DNA of 64,000 bases, from the NCBI GenBank assembly GCA_050735975.1, contig JBOHVS010000019.1:7487-71486 (forward strand). Reading direction: 5' to 3'. The position numbers and the translations under genes are program-made. This stretch comes from Candidatus Binatia bacterium (GTDB lineage: Bacteria; Desulfobacterota; Binatia; UBA9968). Below the pieces are notes generated by a model. It saw only the letters and a list, made by a program, of their open reading frames with translations, made no database searches and was not told where the DNA came from. Positions within the stretch are counted from its first letter, which is position 1. Every line of letters starts with the position of its first letter. This document shows, piece after piece, positions 7,458 through 17,867 of the stretch.

Positions 7458-8547
7458 GCAGCGAGTCCAGGCTATTCGCCTGGGGACTCTTCTCGATCAT
7501 GTTCACGATATGTTCGACCAACGCGTCTCCATTTTCCACCACCATAGCCACACGGAGCGCGAACAGCTTTTCTTTAGCGACAGGAAACCCGACTAGTTTG
7601 AGTAGATCCTTCTCGGTCGTAATGATCAGGTCGGCGCCTCGGGCCGCTCTGCTAATTCTCTGCCAATCCCGGAAATGATACAAGTGGTGATCCGGAAATC
7701 CCAACGTGTCCACAATCTCTCCGCCCCATTCGTAAATCATGCGATAGAAGTTCTCCGAGTTGGCAATCCCAGCAACCGCCACGATCTTGCTTCGATCCAA
7801 TTGACTCAGCGGATATTGTCTTATACGGCCGGAGTCCAAACCGATCAGGCACTTCGGCTCTAGAGAGCCTACGAAATACCGGCCCTTCCCCGAGAGCCGG
7901 GACGCCCATGCTGCCTCTGCGCCGGTCACCAAAAAGACCTGAGCGCGCCGGAGTGCGCTCTTAGACTCCCGAAAAGGACCCGCCGGAAGAAGCCAGCCGC
8001 TACGATCCGCGCCCAATACTAATAAGTCCAAGTCCCGCTTGAGCTTACGATGCTGGTAGCCGTCGTCCAGAACCAAGACATCCACTTTGTGCTGCCGAAG
8101 GAGTTCCTTGCCGGCGTCATAGCGCCGGCTGGCGACGGCCACTGTTTTGCCGTAAAGCCCCGCCATCATACTGGGTTCATCGCCGGCCTCCGTAACCTTC
8201 CCCTGTGATTCCCCCGTCCCATTAGCCGTCCCCGACAAAACGACAGTGCTTGAACCACTTCTCCTGTAGCCGCGACTCAGAACTCCGACTTTTAAACCCC
8301 GCCGTTCCAGTTCCTGGGTCAGCCACAGACAGGCGGGCGTTTTTCCAGTTCCGCCGACGGTCAAATTGCCAACGCTGATGACCGGGACGTCGAGCGACTT
8401 CGTGCGGATCCACCCGCGTGAATACAACCAACTTCGTGTTTGCACCGCGACAAAGTAAATCAAAGAAAGCGGCAGCAGTAAAAACCACAGCGCGTTTCCT
8501 AACAGTCCCTTACGCTCCCAAACCCGGCGAATCCAAGGGTCGTTCAT
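7447..8547 (-). CDS. lpxK: Tetraacyldisaccharide 4'-kinase
   Basis: N-terminal TM segment then P-loop VISVGNLTVGGTGKTP. 366 aa. Sits between waaA and gmhB. Confidence 0.9.
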   Translation of the reverse strand: MNDPWIRRVWERKGLLGNALWFLLLPLSLIYFVAVQTRSWLYSRGWIRTKSLDVPVISVGNLTVGGTGKTPACLWLTQELERRGLKVGVLSRGYRRSGSSTVVLSGTANGTGESQGKVTEAGDEPSMMAGLYGKTVAVASRRYDAGKELLRQHKVDVLVLDDGYQHRKLKRDLDLLVLGADRSGWLLPAGPFRESKSALRRAQVFLVTGAEAAWASRLSGKGRYFVGSLEPKCLIGLDSGRIRQYPLSQLDRSKIVAVAGIANSENFYRMIYEWGGEIVDTLGFPDHHLYHFRDWQRISRAARGADLIITTEKDLLKLVGFPVAKEKLFALRVAMVVENGDALVEHIVNMIEKSPQANSLDSLHAG

Positions 8548-8589
8548 CGGCTGCCCGGACGGTGAGTCTTGCCCTTCCCAGGCTCCCTG

Positions 8590-9903
8590 CTAAGAATTCC
8601 GAGCTTGAGCATAACGGCAAACCAGCGCAACGCTGTTCTCGACGACTCCCTGATCGTCCGTGGCAAACTGATAGGCCTTTTCCCCGATCATTTTGCGCTT
8701 TTCAGGACTGCTCAGAAGGCCGGAAATCTCTGCGATCAACTCTTCAATTCCTTTTACCTGGATACCTGCGCCCATGTTTTTCATCTCAGTCGCCACAGCG
8801 GCGACGTTCGCGGTGAAAGGCCCGAACAGTACGGGCTTGCGAAATCTCGCCGGTTCGAGCAAATTGTGTCCGCCGGCATCGACAAGGCTACCCCCAACAA
8901 ACGCGATGTCGCCGATCGCGTAGAAATCCGCTAGCTCGCCGAGCGTATCGAGAAACAAGATGTCCTTTTCGAAGAAAAGCCGCCCGTTGATCTGGGTTTT
9001 CTTCTCATATTCGATACCGCGCGCGCGCAGAAGGTTTTCGACCTCCCAAAATCGCTGTGGATGTCTGGGAGCTATCACCATTCGCAAATCAGGAAACTTG
9101 CTTTTGAGCGAAACAAACGCGTTCAGGAGGATTTCCTCCTCGCCGCGATGCGAACTGCCAACAACGAGTATACGGTTCTTCCCGGCAATCGATCCTTTAT
9201 AGTCCGAATCCCCGCGCCTATCCTTATCGGCCCCTTCCGCTACGGCCCGCTTGAGGCTCCCCGTAACCGAGATCCGCTCGCGCGGCGCGCCGAGTTTCAT
9301 TATACGGTCTGCGTCATCTTTCGTTTGCATGCCGATGGCCGTAAAGTTTTGCGTCATTTTACGGAAGAATAACCCGAGCAGAGAGTATCTACTAAATGCC
9401 CGTTCCGAGATGCGGCCGCTTAGCAGCAACGAAGGAATACCCCGCTTATAGGCCTCGCGCAAAAGATTTGGCCAGATCTCTGTCTCCAGGATAATCAGCA
9501 TTGATGGATCGAAGACGTTCAGCGCCCGCCGCACGGTCCATAACAGATCCAGCGGCAGGAAAAACGCCAAATCGGCTGCAGTCGCCTGCCGTGCTATTTG
9601 ATTACCGCTGTGGGTGAACGTTGATACGATGATTTTCTGTTCTGGAAATCGCCTTTTGAGCTCCTGAATGACCCTTCCGGCGCAAATGACTTCTCCGACC
9701 GAGGCGGCATGAATCCATACCGGGCGGGTGCCCGCAAACTGCCTGATGACAGTTCTTGAATACCATCCCATCCGCTGGAATAGACCCGCTCGAAAACGCT
9801 CTCCCAAAAGCCACAGGAGCGGCGAAAAAGGCAACGTGGCGACAAAAACAACGGTCAGGAGAGCGTTATAAATGAAGTACGACACGAACTCACCGCGCGT
9901 CAA
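8590..9903 (-). CDS. waaA: 3-deoxy-D-manno-octulosonic acid (Kdo) transferase
   Basis: 437 aa. N-terminal membrane anchor, WIHAASVGE motif and GT30 C-terminal GGSLVDAGGHNLLEPA. Confidence 0.9.
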   Translation of the reverse strand: MTRGEFVSYFIYNALLTVVFVATLPFSPLLWLLGERFRAGLFQRMGWYSRTVIRQFAGTRPVWIHAASVGEVICAGRVIQELKRRFPEQKIIVSTFTHSGNQIARQATAADLAFFLPLDLLWTVRRALNVFDPSMLIILETEIWPNLLREAYKRGIPSLLLSGRISERAFSRYSLLGLFFRKMTQNFTAIGMQTKDDADRIMKLGAPRERISVTGSLKRAVAEGADKDRRGDSDYKGSIAGKNRILVVGSSHRGEEEILLNAFVSLKSKFPDLRMVIAPRHPQRFWEVENLLRARGIEYEKKTQINGRLFFEKDILFLDTLGELADFYAIGDIAFVGGSLVDAGGHNLLEPARFRKPVLFGPFTANVAAVATEMKNMGAGIQVKGIEELIAEISGLLSSPEKRKMIGEKAYQFATDDQGVVENSVALVCRYAQARNS

Positions 9904-11654
9904 TGAAAGGTTTCCTGGCCGGCGGCCGTCTCTTCTTCCACTAACTGCAAGGCGTAAAGCCGGCTGTACTCGCGCTTGCGCGCGAGCAGCTCTTCATGGG
10001 TGCCTTCTTCAACGATCATGCCGTCGACCAGTACGGCGATGCGATCCGCTTTACGAATGGTCGAAAGTCGATGGGCGATGACCAGAGTCGTCCGTGTAGT
10101 TATCAGGCGTTCGAGAGCTTCCTGAACCAGCCGTTCCGATTCGACATCCAACGCAGAAGTCGCCTCGTCGAGTATTAGAATCGGCGCATCTTTTAGCAAA
10201 GCCCTGGCGATCGCCAACCTTTGCCGCTGCCCGCCTGAGATCTGCAAACCCATTTCGCCGATGACCGTCTCATACCCCTCCGCAAGCGCGCTAATGAATT
10301 CATGGGCATGAGCCGCTTTGCCCGCCGCAATGATCTCCTCCATGCTTCGTTCAGGGCGACCATACGCGATATTGTTCCGGACCGTGTCGTTGAACAGGAA
10401 AGTCTGTTGACTAACGATGCCGATTTGAGATCTTAGAGCTTTCAACGTAAGGTCTCGAATATCGACTCCGTCCATCGTTATCCGGCCCGAAGTAACGTCA
10501 TGGAAACGGGGGATGAGGTCCGTCAGCGTACTTTTGCCGACCCCGCTGACTCCGACCAAAGCGACCATCTCTCCGGCTCTCACTTTTAAATTGATATGTT
10601 TCAGAACGTCTCTATCGTCGTAGCCAAAGCTCACATTGTGGAACTCAATTGCGTCGCTGAAGCTTGCCGCCGGCTTGGCGTCCGGTTTTTCTTTGATACC
10701 GGATTCGATGTCGAGAATCTCGAATACCCTCTCGGCCCCGGCAATCCCTTGTTGCACGAACGTATAGGTTTTGGTGAGCCCCTTGAACGGCTGGTACATA
10801 AGGAACATAGCGGCCATAAATGCCATGAAGTCGCCCTGCGTCCGCCCTCCTCCAATGACACTCCAGCCGCCGTACCATATGATCGCCCCGATTGCGAAGG
10901 CAGCCAACAGCTCCATTGAAGGGGTGACCAAAGCTTTGATTCGGCTGGCTCTTAGGGACTGCTTGAATAAACGATAGCTCTCATCGGAGAATTTCCGAAT
11001 CTCATACTCCTCCATTCCGAAAGCCTTCACGACGCGATTCCCCTGGATACTTTCCTGCAGAAGCGCGGTTAACGCGGCCGTTGAAATTTGGCCGCGCCTG
11101 GTGAAGCGCTTGATCTTTCGGCTGAGCCGTATAATCGGCAGCACCGAGGCCGGAAATACCACGAAGGCTATCGAAGCCAGAATCCAGTCCTTCCAGAATG
11201 CTACGCAAACCAGCACTGCCAATGAGGCTGTGTCGCGCAGAAAAGACGCCAATGCGTCCGTGAGGGTCGAGCGCAACAATGCCACATCATGGCCGACCCG
11301 AGAGAGCAGTGTCCCGGTTGAATGGCGATAGAAGAAAGACAGAGGCATGAATTGTAAGTGGCGATTCAACCGGTTGCGAACATCGTTGATGATTCGCAGC
11401 CCCACGTAATCGGTAAAATAGCTTTGACCAAAATGAACCAGCCCTCTGATCGTAAATAGGGCAATTACGGCCAGCGGCAAATAAGACAACATTGCTATAT
11501 CTTTTCGCACAAAGACATCGTCGACCACTCGCTGCACGAGAAAGGGGAGCGCTCCCTGGGTGGCGCTATATCCGAGCATGCAAACAATCGCGAGCGCGAA
11601 GTAGGGCCAGACATAAGGTTTCAGAAACGGAAGTAAACGAAAATAGGTTTTCAC
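9900..11654 (-). CDS. msbA: Lipid A export ABC transporter (fused permease/ATPase)
   Basis: 584 aa. Six-TM N-terminal domain, Walker A GVSGVGKST, signature ISGGQRQRLAIARA, Walker B ILILDEATSALD. 4-nt overlap with waaA. Confidence 0.9.
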   Translation of the reverse strand: MKTYFRLLPFLKPYVWPYFALAIVCMLGYSATQGALPFLVQRVVDDVFVRKDIAMLSYLPLAVIALFTIRGLVHFGQSYFTDYVGLRIINDVRNRLNRHLQFMPLSFFYRHSTGTLLSRVGHDVALLRSTLTDALASFLRDTASLAVLVCVAFWKDWILASIAFVVFPASVLPIIRLSRKIKRFTRRGQISTAALTALLQESIQGNRVVKAFGMEEYEIRKFSDESYRLFKQSLRASRIKALVTPSMELLAAFAIGAIIWYGGWSVIGGGRTQGDFMAFMAAMFLMYQPFKGLTKTYTFVQQGIAGAERVFEILDIESGIKEKPDAKPAASFSDAIEFHNVSFGYDDRDVLKHINLKVRAGEMVALVGVSGVGKSTLTDLIPRFHDVTSGRITMDGVDIRDLTLKALRSQIGIVSQQTFLFNDTVRNNIAYGRPERSMEEIIAAGKAAHAHEFISALAEGYETVIGEMGLQISGGQRQRLAIARALLKDAPILILDEATSALDVESERLVQEALERLITTRTTLVIAHRLSTIRKADRIAVLVDGMIVEEGTHEELLARKREYSRLYALQLVEEETAAGQETFH

Positions 11655-11682
11655 TGTGAGCGACCCAATAGGATGCTGAATC

Positions 11683-12822
11683 TTAGCCGAGCATAGAGAC
11701 GGCGATGTCCGCCACGCGATTCGAGGCCCCGGGGGCGCCCAGGTTCTCTTTTAGCCTGATTAACTTATTGGTAATCGCTTCCTGAATCTGGCGACTTTCT
11801 AAAATAGATCGACTTTCCTGGACAACTCTTTCCGGCTGCAGGTCGGATTGGACGAGCTCCGGAGCGATTTTCTCCCCCGCGATGATGTTAACGATACCGA
11901 TATGCCGGACGCTAACCAAGAGTCGAGCGAGGCAGTAGGTCAACCAGGACACGCGATACACGATAATCATAGGCTTGAGCAGCAATGCGGTTTCCAGGGT
12001 GGCCGTTCCGGACGCCGTCCAGACGAGGTCCGCCGCATTGACTGCGTCATATCGATGCTCCTCAACAATCGGGATTCTCAACTGACCTCGGCGGAGGATC
12101 TCCTCTATCTCGGCGCGATCGATAGTGCCCGCCTTGACGCAGATGAATTGAACTTCACGCTCCTGCCTCAAGCGTTCAGCGGCCTCCAACAACACCGGCA
12201 GATGATATAAAAGCTCCTGCCGTCTGCTGCCCGGCAGCAGGGCGACCGTAGGTTTGTTCGGGTCCAAGCCTAGCCGCGCCAGCGCGGTTTCACGGCCTTC
12301 CTTCGCTTGAACAATTTCCAGCAGAGGATGCCCGACGAATACGACCTTGACGCCGTAAGCTTCATAGAACGGCACTTCAAATGGAAAAATGACCGCCATT
12401 TGGTCCACTCGCCGGGCAATCTGCCGCACACGACTCCGGCGCCAAGCCCAAACCTGCGGGCTGACGTAGTAGAGCACGGGTATGCCCAAGCTCTTGGCGG
12501 TTTTCGCCAACCGTAGATTGAATTCCGGAAAATCAATCAGCACCAGGAGATCCGGTTTCCGCTCCCGCAATGTACTTTTCAACAAATGATAGGCGCGCCA
12601 GATGTCTCTCAGGTTTCCGACCAGCTCAATCAAGCCCATGCCCGATAACTTGGATACGCTGAAAAGCGCTTCGAATTTCGTTCGCTGCAAATGTTCTCCG
12701 GCGACCCCAAAAATCCTCAGAGTCGGGTCCCGTTTCAACAATGCCTTGACCAGCTCCGCGCCAAGGGTGTCTCCCGAGGCTTCGCCCACGACCAGCATAA
12801 TCTGTTTGCCGACTTTAACCAT
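11683..12822 (-). CDS. lpxB: Lipid-A-disaccharide synthase
   Basis: 379 aa. N-terminal VVGEASGDTLGAELV, YVSPQVWAWR and LLPGSRRQE motifs typical of LpxB. Confidence 0.9.
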   Translation of the reverse strand: MVKVGKQIMLVVGEASGDTLGAELVKALLKRDPTLRIFGVAGEHLQRTKFEALFSVSKLSGMGLIELVGNLRDIWRAYHLLKSTLRERKPDLLVLIDFPEFNLRLAKTAKSLGIPVLYYVSPQVWAWRRSRVRQIARRVDQMAVIFPFEVPFYEAYGVKVVFVGHPLLEIVQAKEGRETALARLGLDPNKPTVALLPGSRRQELLYHLPVLLEAAERLRQEREVQFICVKAGTIDRAEIEEILRRGQLRIPIVEEHRYDAVNAADLVWTASGTATLETALLLKPMIIVYRVSWLTYCLARLLVSVRHIGIVNIIAGEKIAPELVQSDLQPERVVQESRSILESRQIQEAITNKLIRLKENLGAPGASNRVADIAVSMLG

Positions 12823-12846
12823 TGCGCCGAGCCGCCGTTCGACAGG

Positions 12847-13812
12847 TCAAAGCTGCGCCGTGATCATCGAAGCAATCTCCAACGCGCGAAGCCCGTCCTG
12901 GCCGCTCACCAAAGGCGGGTTTCGGGTGCGAACACAACCGAGGAAAGCGTCGATCTCGTCCGCGAGCGCGTCGCCTTCCTGGATTTCGATATTCTCACTG
13001 CGTATGTCGAGCCAGCCGCCGCCCGGCGGCGGTTTGTAGAAAATCTGCGCGCGGCGCTGGTCATAATCGATCGAGATATAGGCGTCCGGCTGAAAAAACC
13101 TGACTTTACGTTCACGCTTTATCGACACGCGGCTGGAAGTGACGTTGGCGATGCAGCCATTGGCAAATTTGATTCGCGCGTTGGCGATATCCGGTTTATC
13201 GGTAAGAACCGGGACCCCGACGGCTTCTACCTTTTCGACCGGGGCTCGAACGAGGCTCGCGATCACGTCGATATCGTGAATCATAAGATCCAGTACCACG
13301 TCAACGTCGGTGCCCCGCTCCACGAACGGCGCCAAGCGGTGACATTCGACGAACTTAGGGTCCTTTATAACTCCTTCGAGCCGCCGAATCGCGGGGTTAA
13401 ATCGTTCAAGATGACCGACCTGGAGAATGAGGCCTTTGGCCTCCGCGAGATCGACCAATTGTTTGCCCTGGGCGAGGTCTGCGGCGAGCGGTTTCTCGAC
13501 CAAGACATGGATACCGGCCTGCAAAAAGTCCGTCGCCACCTGATGGTGAAGTCGCGTCGGCACGGCGATGCTTACGCACTGGACGCGATTAAGCAACAGC
13601 CGATAATCGGTGAGCCATTCCGTCCGCAGCTGGCCGCCGATATCCTGGCTTCTCGCTTCGTCGATGTCGACAACCCCCACGAGCAAGGCCTTCTTCGACG
13701 CGGCGTACTTTTCCGCGTGAAACCTTCCCAGGTGCCCGACTCCGACGACACCTACGCGTATCCTGTCTTCCTCTTTCACCGATGTGTGGCGCCTATAGCC
13801 CGTATTATTCAT
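12847..13812 (-). CDS. Gfo/Idh/MocA family NAD-dependent oxidoreductase (possible UDP-GlcNAc 3-dehydrogenase, GnnA-like)
   Basis: Rossmann motif RVGVVGVGHLGRFH, VEKPLA and GHLERFNPA motifs. The position between lpxI and lpxB matches the context reported for gnnA. The specific function is inference. Confidence 0.8.
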   Translation of the reverse strand: MNNTGYRRHTSVKEEDRIRVGVVGVGHLGRFHAEKYAASKKALLVGVVDIDEARSQDIGGQLRTEWLTDYRLLLNRVQCVSIAVPTRLHHQVATDFLQAGIHVLVEKPLAADLAQGKQLVDLAEAKGLILQVGHLERFNPAIRRLEGVIKDPKFVECHRLAPFVERGTDVDVVLDLMIHDIDVIASLVRAPVEKVEAVGVPVLTDKPDIANARIKFANGCIANVTSSRVSIKRERKVRFFQPDAYISIDYDQRRAQIFYKPPPGGGWLDIRSENIEIQEGDALADEIDAFLGCVRTRNPPLVSGQDGLRALEIASMITAQL

Positions 13813-13868
13813 CCTGTTCCAGTAGAGGGAAAGCCGGGCCGCTCCTCAAGCGCTTCAACAAACTTTAT

Positions 13869-13944
13869 CGCGCCAAGACGCCAAGAGCGCAAAGAAAAAT
13901 ATTCTCCTATTTTCCGAACTTGGCGTGCTTTGCGTCTTCGCGCG
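13869..13944. repeat. Family B-like palindrome with 9-bp periodic arms (CGCCAAGAN)
   Basis: Left arm CGCGCCAAGACGCCAAGAGCGCAAAG, ~23-bp loop, right arm CTTGGCGTGCTTTGCGTCTTCGCGCG. Same architecture as the CACGAAG elements. Confidence 0.7.
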
Positions 13945-14152
13945 AGTCATCGTTTTGGATTCTGTAATCCAATTTCAACCGAAAATTTCAAATATCATTG
14001 GTTAGTCTCAACCTTAACCTTGATTGAACGGGCGGCGGCCTACAAGGCACAGGCTCATTGACCGCGGCCGGAGAGGGCTCGCCCCCGAAGGCCCCTCTCC
14101 ATCGCCCGTACAACGCAGACTAGCAGGTTGCTGAAAAACTCTGCAAAGCCTG

Positions 14153-14956
14153 CTAGCGAAGCGCGACCACCGCGATACCACCGGCATCTGCCCGCTTCAG
14201 CAACGCTTCCATCTCCAATAGAATCGTCTTGCCCGCCTCTACCGCCAGCGCCGCTCCCCCGACTGCCTGAAGATTGTTGATCGTATCCACGCCTACCGTC
14301 GGAACGTCGAAGCGAAGGTCCTGGTTGGGTTTGCTGACCTTAACCACAACGCATCCCGCTCCGGCTAACATCCCACCTCTTTGGATCGCAGCGTCGGTTC
14401 CCTCCACGGCCTCCACGGCAAGAACCACGCCATTTTTTACAACGACTGTTTGGCCGATCCCCAAGCGACCGACTTCTTTGCCGATGCGAAACCCTAAACG
14501 AATATCTTCCCATTGGGAGGCATCCGGCGCCGATTGGGTCAGAACACCCTCGGCCGCAATGATTTGCGACAAGCACAAGGTTGAGTCCAAAATCTTGATT
14601 CCTTCCGCCTCGAGCTCCTCAGCCACCCCTCGCAGTAAAGCGTCGTCATCGCGGCTTCTTACCCGAGCCAAGAATCTAGCTCCTCTCAAATCAGGTCTAA
14701 AGTTGCCGAATAATTTGACCTTGCGGATTCCCCCGGCCATCACGGCCTCAGCCACTCCGGCGCGATGAAACGCTTGGATGAGCTTTCCCAATTGACCTAC
14801 ATAGATCCAGGTAACGTTTTCGGCGACGGTGTCAATCTCCCGGAGCGTCTCTCCGCGATGAGCCACGGCCACTACGTGGAAGCCTTCGCGTTTGGCTTGC
14901 TCAGCGAAAATGATCGGGAACTTTCCGTTGCCGGCGATCAGTCCTAGTTTCCTCAC
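14153..14956 (-). CDS. lpxI: UDP-2,3-diacylglucosamine diphosphatase LpxI (DUF1009)
   Basis: 267 aa. Motifs LGLIAGNGKFP, GQTVVVKNGVVLAVEAVEGTDAAIQRGG and KPNQDLRFDVPTVG. Lies directly downstream of lpxA. Confidence 0.85.
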   Translation of the reverse strand: MRKLGLIAGNGKFPIIFAEQAKREGFHVVAVAHRGETLREIDTVAENVTWIYVGQLGKLIQAFHRAGVAEAVMAGGIRKVKLFGNFRPDLRGARFLARVRSRDDDALLRGVAEELEAEGIKILDSTLCLSQIIAAEGVLTQSAPDASQWEDIRLGFRIGKEVGRLGIGQTVVVKNGVVLAVEAVEGTDAAIQRGGMLAGAGCVVVKVSKPNQDLRFDVPTVGVDTINNLQAVGGAALAVEAGKTILLEMEALLKRADAGGIAVVALR

Positions 14957-14994
14957 GGGGCGAAAGCTTTTGCCGGTTATAGTTCGGAACCCGC

Positions 14995-15783
14995 TTACCG
15001 GCAGATACCGCGTTGGGAATTTGCAACGAAGGCGACAAGCTTTTCAATCTCAGCCGAATGCGGGAGCTCGTAACGGAGTTTTTCCAACGCCCCTTTTGTT
15101 TTTAGCTTGGATTGAAAAATGATCCGGTAGGCCTTTTTGATCATGTCAATCTTGTCCTTGCTGAAACCACGCCGCTTCAGACCTTCGAGATTCAGCCCGC
15201 GGAGCCGGGCGCGATCTCCGGTCGCATTACAAAAAGGCGGAACGTCTTTGGACACCATGGATCCTGCCCCGAGGATCGCGCCGGAACCGATTCGGACAAA
15301 CTGGTGAATACCCACCAATCCCCCAACAATGACGTAATCTTCAATAACGACGTGACCGCCCAAGGTAGCTCCGTTAGCAATGATATTGTTGCTTCCCAGG
15401 ATACAATCGTGGGCGATATGGCAATACATCATCAATAGATTATGGTCGCCCACGCGGGTCACCATTCCGCCTCCCCTGGTGCCCGGATTCAGCGAGACAA
15501 ACTCTCGAATCGTATTGTGGTTGCCGACGATCAGCTCGCTGGGCTCTTCTCTGTATTTAAGGTCCTGAGGAACGGATCCAACGCTCGCGAATTGAAATAT
15601 AACATTGTCCTCGCCGAGCGTCGTTTGCCCTTCGATCACGACGTGCGACTTGATCTTGGTGCCTTTGCCAATTTTAACGCCTGCTCGAATGACCGAATAC
15701 GGACCCACTTCGACGCCGCTGCCCAACTCGGCCTTGCTGTCGACAAGGGCCGTTTCATGAATCTTGGTCACGTTTGCACCCAT
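14995..15783 (-). CDS. lpxA: Acyl-ACP--UDP-N-acetylglucosamine O-acyltransferase
   Basis: 262 aa. Left-handed beta-helix hexapeptide repeats, then a C-terminal helical domain (GLNLEGLKRRGFSKD). Confidence 0.92.
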   Translation of the reverse strand: MGANVTKIHETALVDSKAELGSGVEVGPYSVIRAGVKIGKGTKIKSHVVIEGQTTLGEDNVIFQFASVGSVPQDLKYREEPSELIVGNHNTIREFVSLNPGTRGGGMVTRVGDHNLLMMYCHIAHDCILGSNNIIANGATLGGHVVIEDYVIVGGLVGIHQFVRIGSGAILGAGSMVSKDVPPFCNATGDRARLRGLNLEGLKRRGFSKDKIDMIKKAYRIIFQSKLKTKGALEKLRYELPHSAEIEKLVAFVANSQRGICR

Positions 15784-15799
15784 GCCGGAACAGCGCCGC

Positions 15800-16237
15800 C
15801 TAGTCCATTTCTACTTCCATGGCGGAAATCTCGGCCTGGGCCACCAACTTTCCATCGACCATGGCAACGCCCTGCATCTTCCAAAACGAGCCGCGCCGCT
15901 TTAAGCAGGTAAGCTCCAGGCGCAGCTGGTCGCCGGGCTCCACGGGACGTTTGAACTTTACGTTATCGAGGCCCGTCAGGACAAAAACTTTCTTGTCATC
16001 CGTGCGGCCTCGGGCGTTGTGCGCGAATATGGCGCCAACCTGAGCCATAGCCTCGCAGATCAACACGCCCGGCATCACCGGCCTGTTTGGGAAATGACCT
16101 TGAAAGAAGTTCTCATTAAAGGATACGTTCTTGATTCCGACAATTTTTTGATCCCCCTCCACCTCTTCGATCCGGTCCACGAGCAGAAACGGATAACGGT
16201 GCGGGAGACATTTTAGGATCTCCTTTAAGTCGAGCAT
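15800..16237 (-). CDS. fabZ: 3-hydroxyacyl-ACP dehydratase
   Basis: 145 aa. Motifs LPHRYPFLLVDR and HFPNRPVMPGVLICEAMAQ. Confidence 0.92.
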   Translation of the reverse strand: MLDLKEILKCLPHRYPFLLVDRIEEVEGDQKIVGIKNVSFNENFFQGHFPNRPVMPGVLICEAMAQVGAIFAHNARGRTDDKKVFVLTGLDNVKFKRPVEPGDQLRLELTCLKRRGSFWKMQGVAMVDGKLVAQAEISAMEVEMD

Positions 16238-16253
16238 AACGTTGCGGTTTTCT

Positions 16254-17300
16254 TCACCTCCCGTTTGCCAGCTTCGCCACTTTCTTTTCGAGATGTTTGA
16301 CGGCGTTCCACAGTTTCGGCAATTGAGGAAGCAAGGTCATGACTTTTAGCCACTCACGATGAGGCGCCGCGGCAATTCCGCCGGAAAGCAGCGCCCCCGC
16401 GGGCACGGAGCGTGGTATTCCTGACTGCGGACCGATCATAGCGCCATCGCCGATCGTGATGTGGTTGACGACGCCCACCTGACCCGCCAGAGTGACATTG
16501 CTGCCGACTCGTGTGCTACCGGCAATCCCGACCTGGGCGGCTATGACCGTATTTTCGCCGACAACCACATTATGCGCGATTTGCACCAGGTTGTCGATTT
16601 TGGTCCCGCGGCCGATGACGGTCCGTCCCAGTGTGGCCCGATCGACAGTGGAGTTGGCGCCGATTTCGACATCGTCCTCAATGTCGACGGTCCCGACCTG
16701 CGGAATCTTAACCCGATCAGCCCCCTCTCCCGCATAACCAAAGCCATCACTGCCGATGACTACGCCGGCATGCAAGACGACTCGATTGCCGACTCGGCAG
16801 TTCTCCCGTACGACGACATTGGGGTAGAGGACACAATCATTTCCAACCTCGACGCCGTCCGCGAGAAACACCCCGGGAAAGAGCACCGATCTGTTTCCGA
16901 CGCTAACTTCTCGACCGATATACACGCCTGGAAACACTGCCGCTTCTTCTTCCACACGTGCAGAGGGCTCAATGTGCGCGAGCGGGCTCACTTGGGGCCT
17001 GTAGTGGGCGGGGGGGTTGAAAAACTGCAGTATCTTGGCAAAAGCGACGTAAGGCTCCGGGACCTGTAGAAAAGCCTTGTCTGATGGGGCTGTTGCATCA
17101 ATATCAGATCCTACGATGACCGCGCTGGCTCTGCAGTCACTGAGGAATTTCAGATATCGAGGGTTGGTAAAGAATGTGATCTCCCCGGGTCCGGCTTCAT
17201 CAATCGAAGCAACCCTAAGGATCTCGATTCCGCCGTCGCCGATCACTTCCCCTCCGACGTATCGCGCGAGATCGGAGAGAGTTTTTCGTCTGGGAGTCAC
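16254..17300 (-). CDS. lpxD: UDP-3-O-acylglucosamine N-acyltransferase
   Basis: 348 aa. N-terminal uridine-binding domain plus long hexapeptide-repeat beta-helix; skp-lpxD-fabZ-lpxA context. Confidence 0.92.
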   Translation of the reverse strand: MTPRRKTLSDLARYVGGEVIGDGGIEILRVASIDEAGPGEITFFTNPRYLKFLSDCRASAVIVGSDIDATAPSDKAFLQVPEPYVAFAKILQFFNPPAHYRPQVSPLAHIEPSARVEEEAAVFPGVYIGREVSVGNRSVLFPGVFLADGVEVGNDCVLYPNVVVRENCRVGNRVVLHAGVVIGSDGFGYAGEGADRVKIPQVGTVDIEDDVEIGANSTVDRATLGRTVIGRGTKIDNLVQIAHNVVVGENTVIAAQVGIAGSTRVGSNVTLAGQVGVVNHITIGDGAMIGPQSGIPRSVPAGALLSGGIAAAPHREWLKVMTLLPQLPKLWNAVKHLEKKVAKLANGR

Positions 17301-17821
17301 TTGCCCTTGGTCGCCTTTCCGTCAGAACGGCTGTTGTAAGCTTCTATCACCCGGTTGGTGACGTCAATCCCCTGGTCGCTGTATAGGAGCTGCGAGCGCT
17401 CCAGTATTAGAGTGAACTTTTCCGCCTTGCCGATCTCGTTGACGATCTTCTCCAGCTCTTTGAGGATGTCGCCCGTCATCACACCCTCTTTTTGTCTGAG
17501 ATCCTGCTGGTGATCCGCCATCGTGCGTTGATAGCTCACATAGCGTTTTTGTAAGTCTGCTTCGAGATTTCGCCGTTCCACGTCCTTCAGCAAGGGTCCC
17601 TTTTTGTCCAGTTCAGCTTTTAGGCGTTCAAGCTCTTGCTTCTCCTTCAACAAACCCGTCTCGACCTTTTTAACCTGCGCCTGGAATCTTTCCTTGGCCC
17701 GTTTTCCGGCGTGGGACTCCGAAATGGCGCGCTGGAGATCGATATAGCCTATTTTAACTTTCTCCTGTGCCCAAGCGGAGCCCGGATACAGAACTAACAA
17801 CATGAATATCCAATACTTCAC
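17297..17821 (-). CDS. skp: OmpH/Skp family periplasmic chaperone
   Basis: 174 aa. Signal peptide then a Lys/Glu-rich coiled coil; located between bamA and lpxD. Confidence 0.85.
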   Translation of the reverse strand: MKYWIFMLLVLYPGSAWAQEKVKIGYIDLQRAISESHAGKRAKERFQAQVKKVETGLLKEKQELERLKAELDKKGPLLKDVERRNLEADLQKRYVSYQRTMADHQQDLRQKEGVMTGDILKELEKIVNEIGKAEKFTLILERSQLLYSDQGIDVTNRVIEAYNSRSDGKATKGK

Positions 17822-17867
17822 CTAAACCTCCGAACAGTCGAGATAGATTTTAAGGAGGGATTTAACC

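Noticed and set aside
12691-14061. 456-aa plus-strand ORF, the longest unexplained ORF in the track.
   Set aside because: It lies antisense to the well-supported lpxB and Gfo/Idh/MocA genes and runs through non-coding repeats. It has no recognisable motifs and is Arg/Pro/Ala-rich, as expected for the reverse frame of GC-rich coding DNA.
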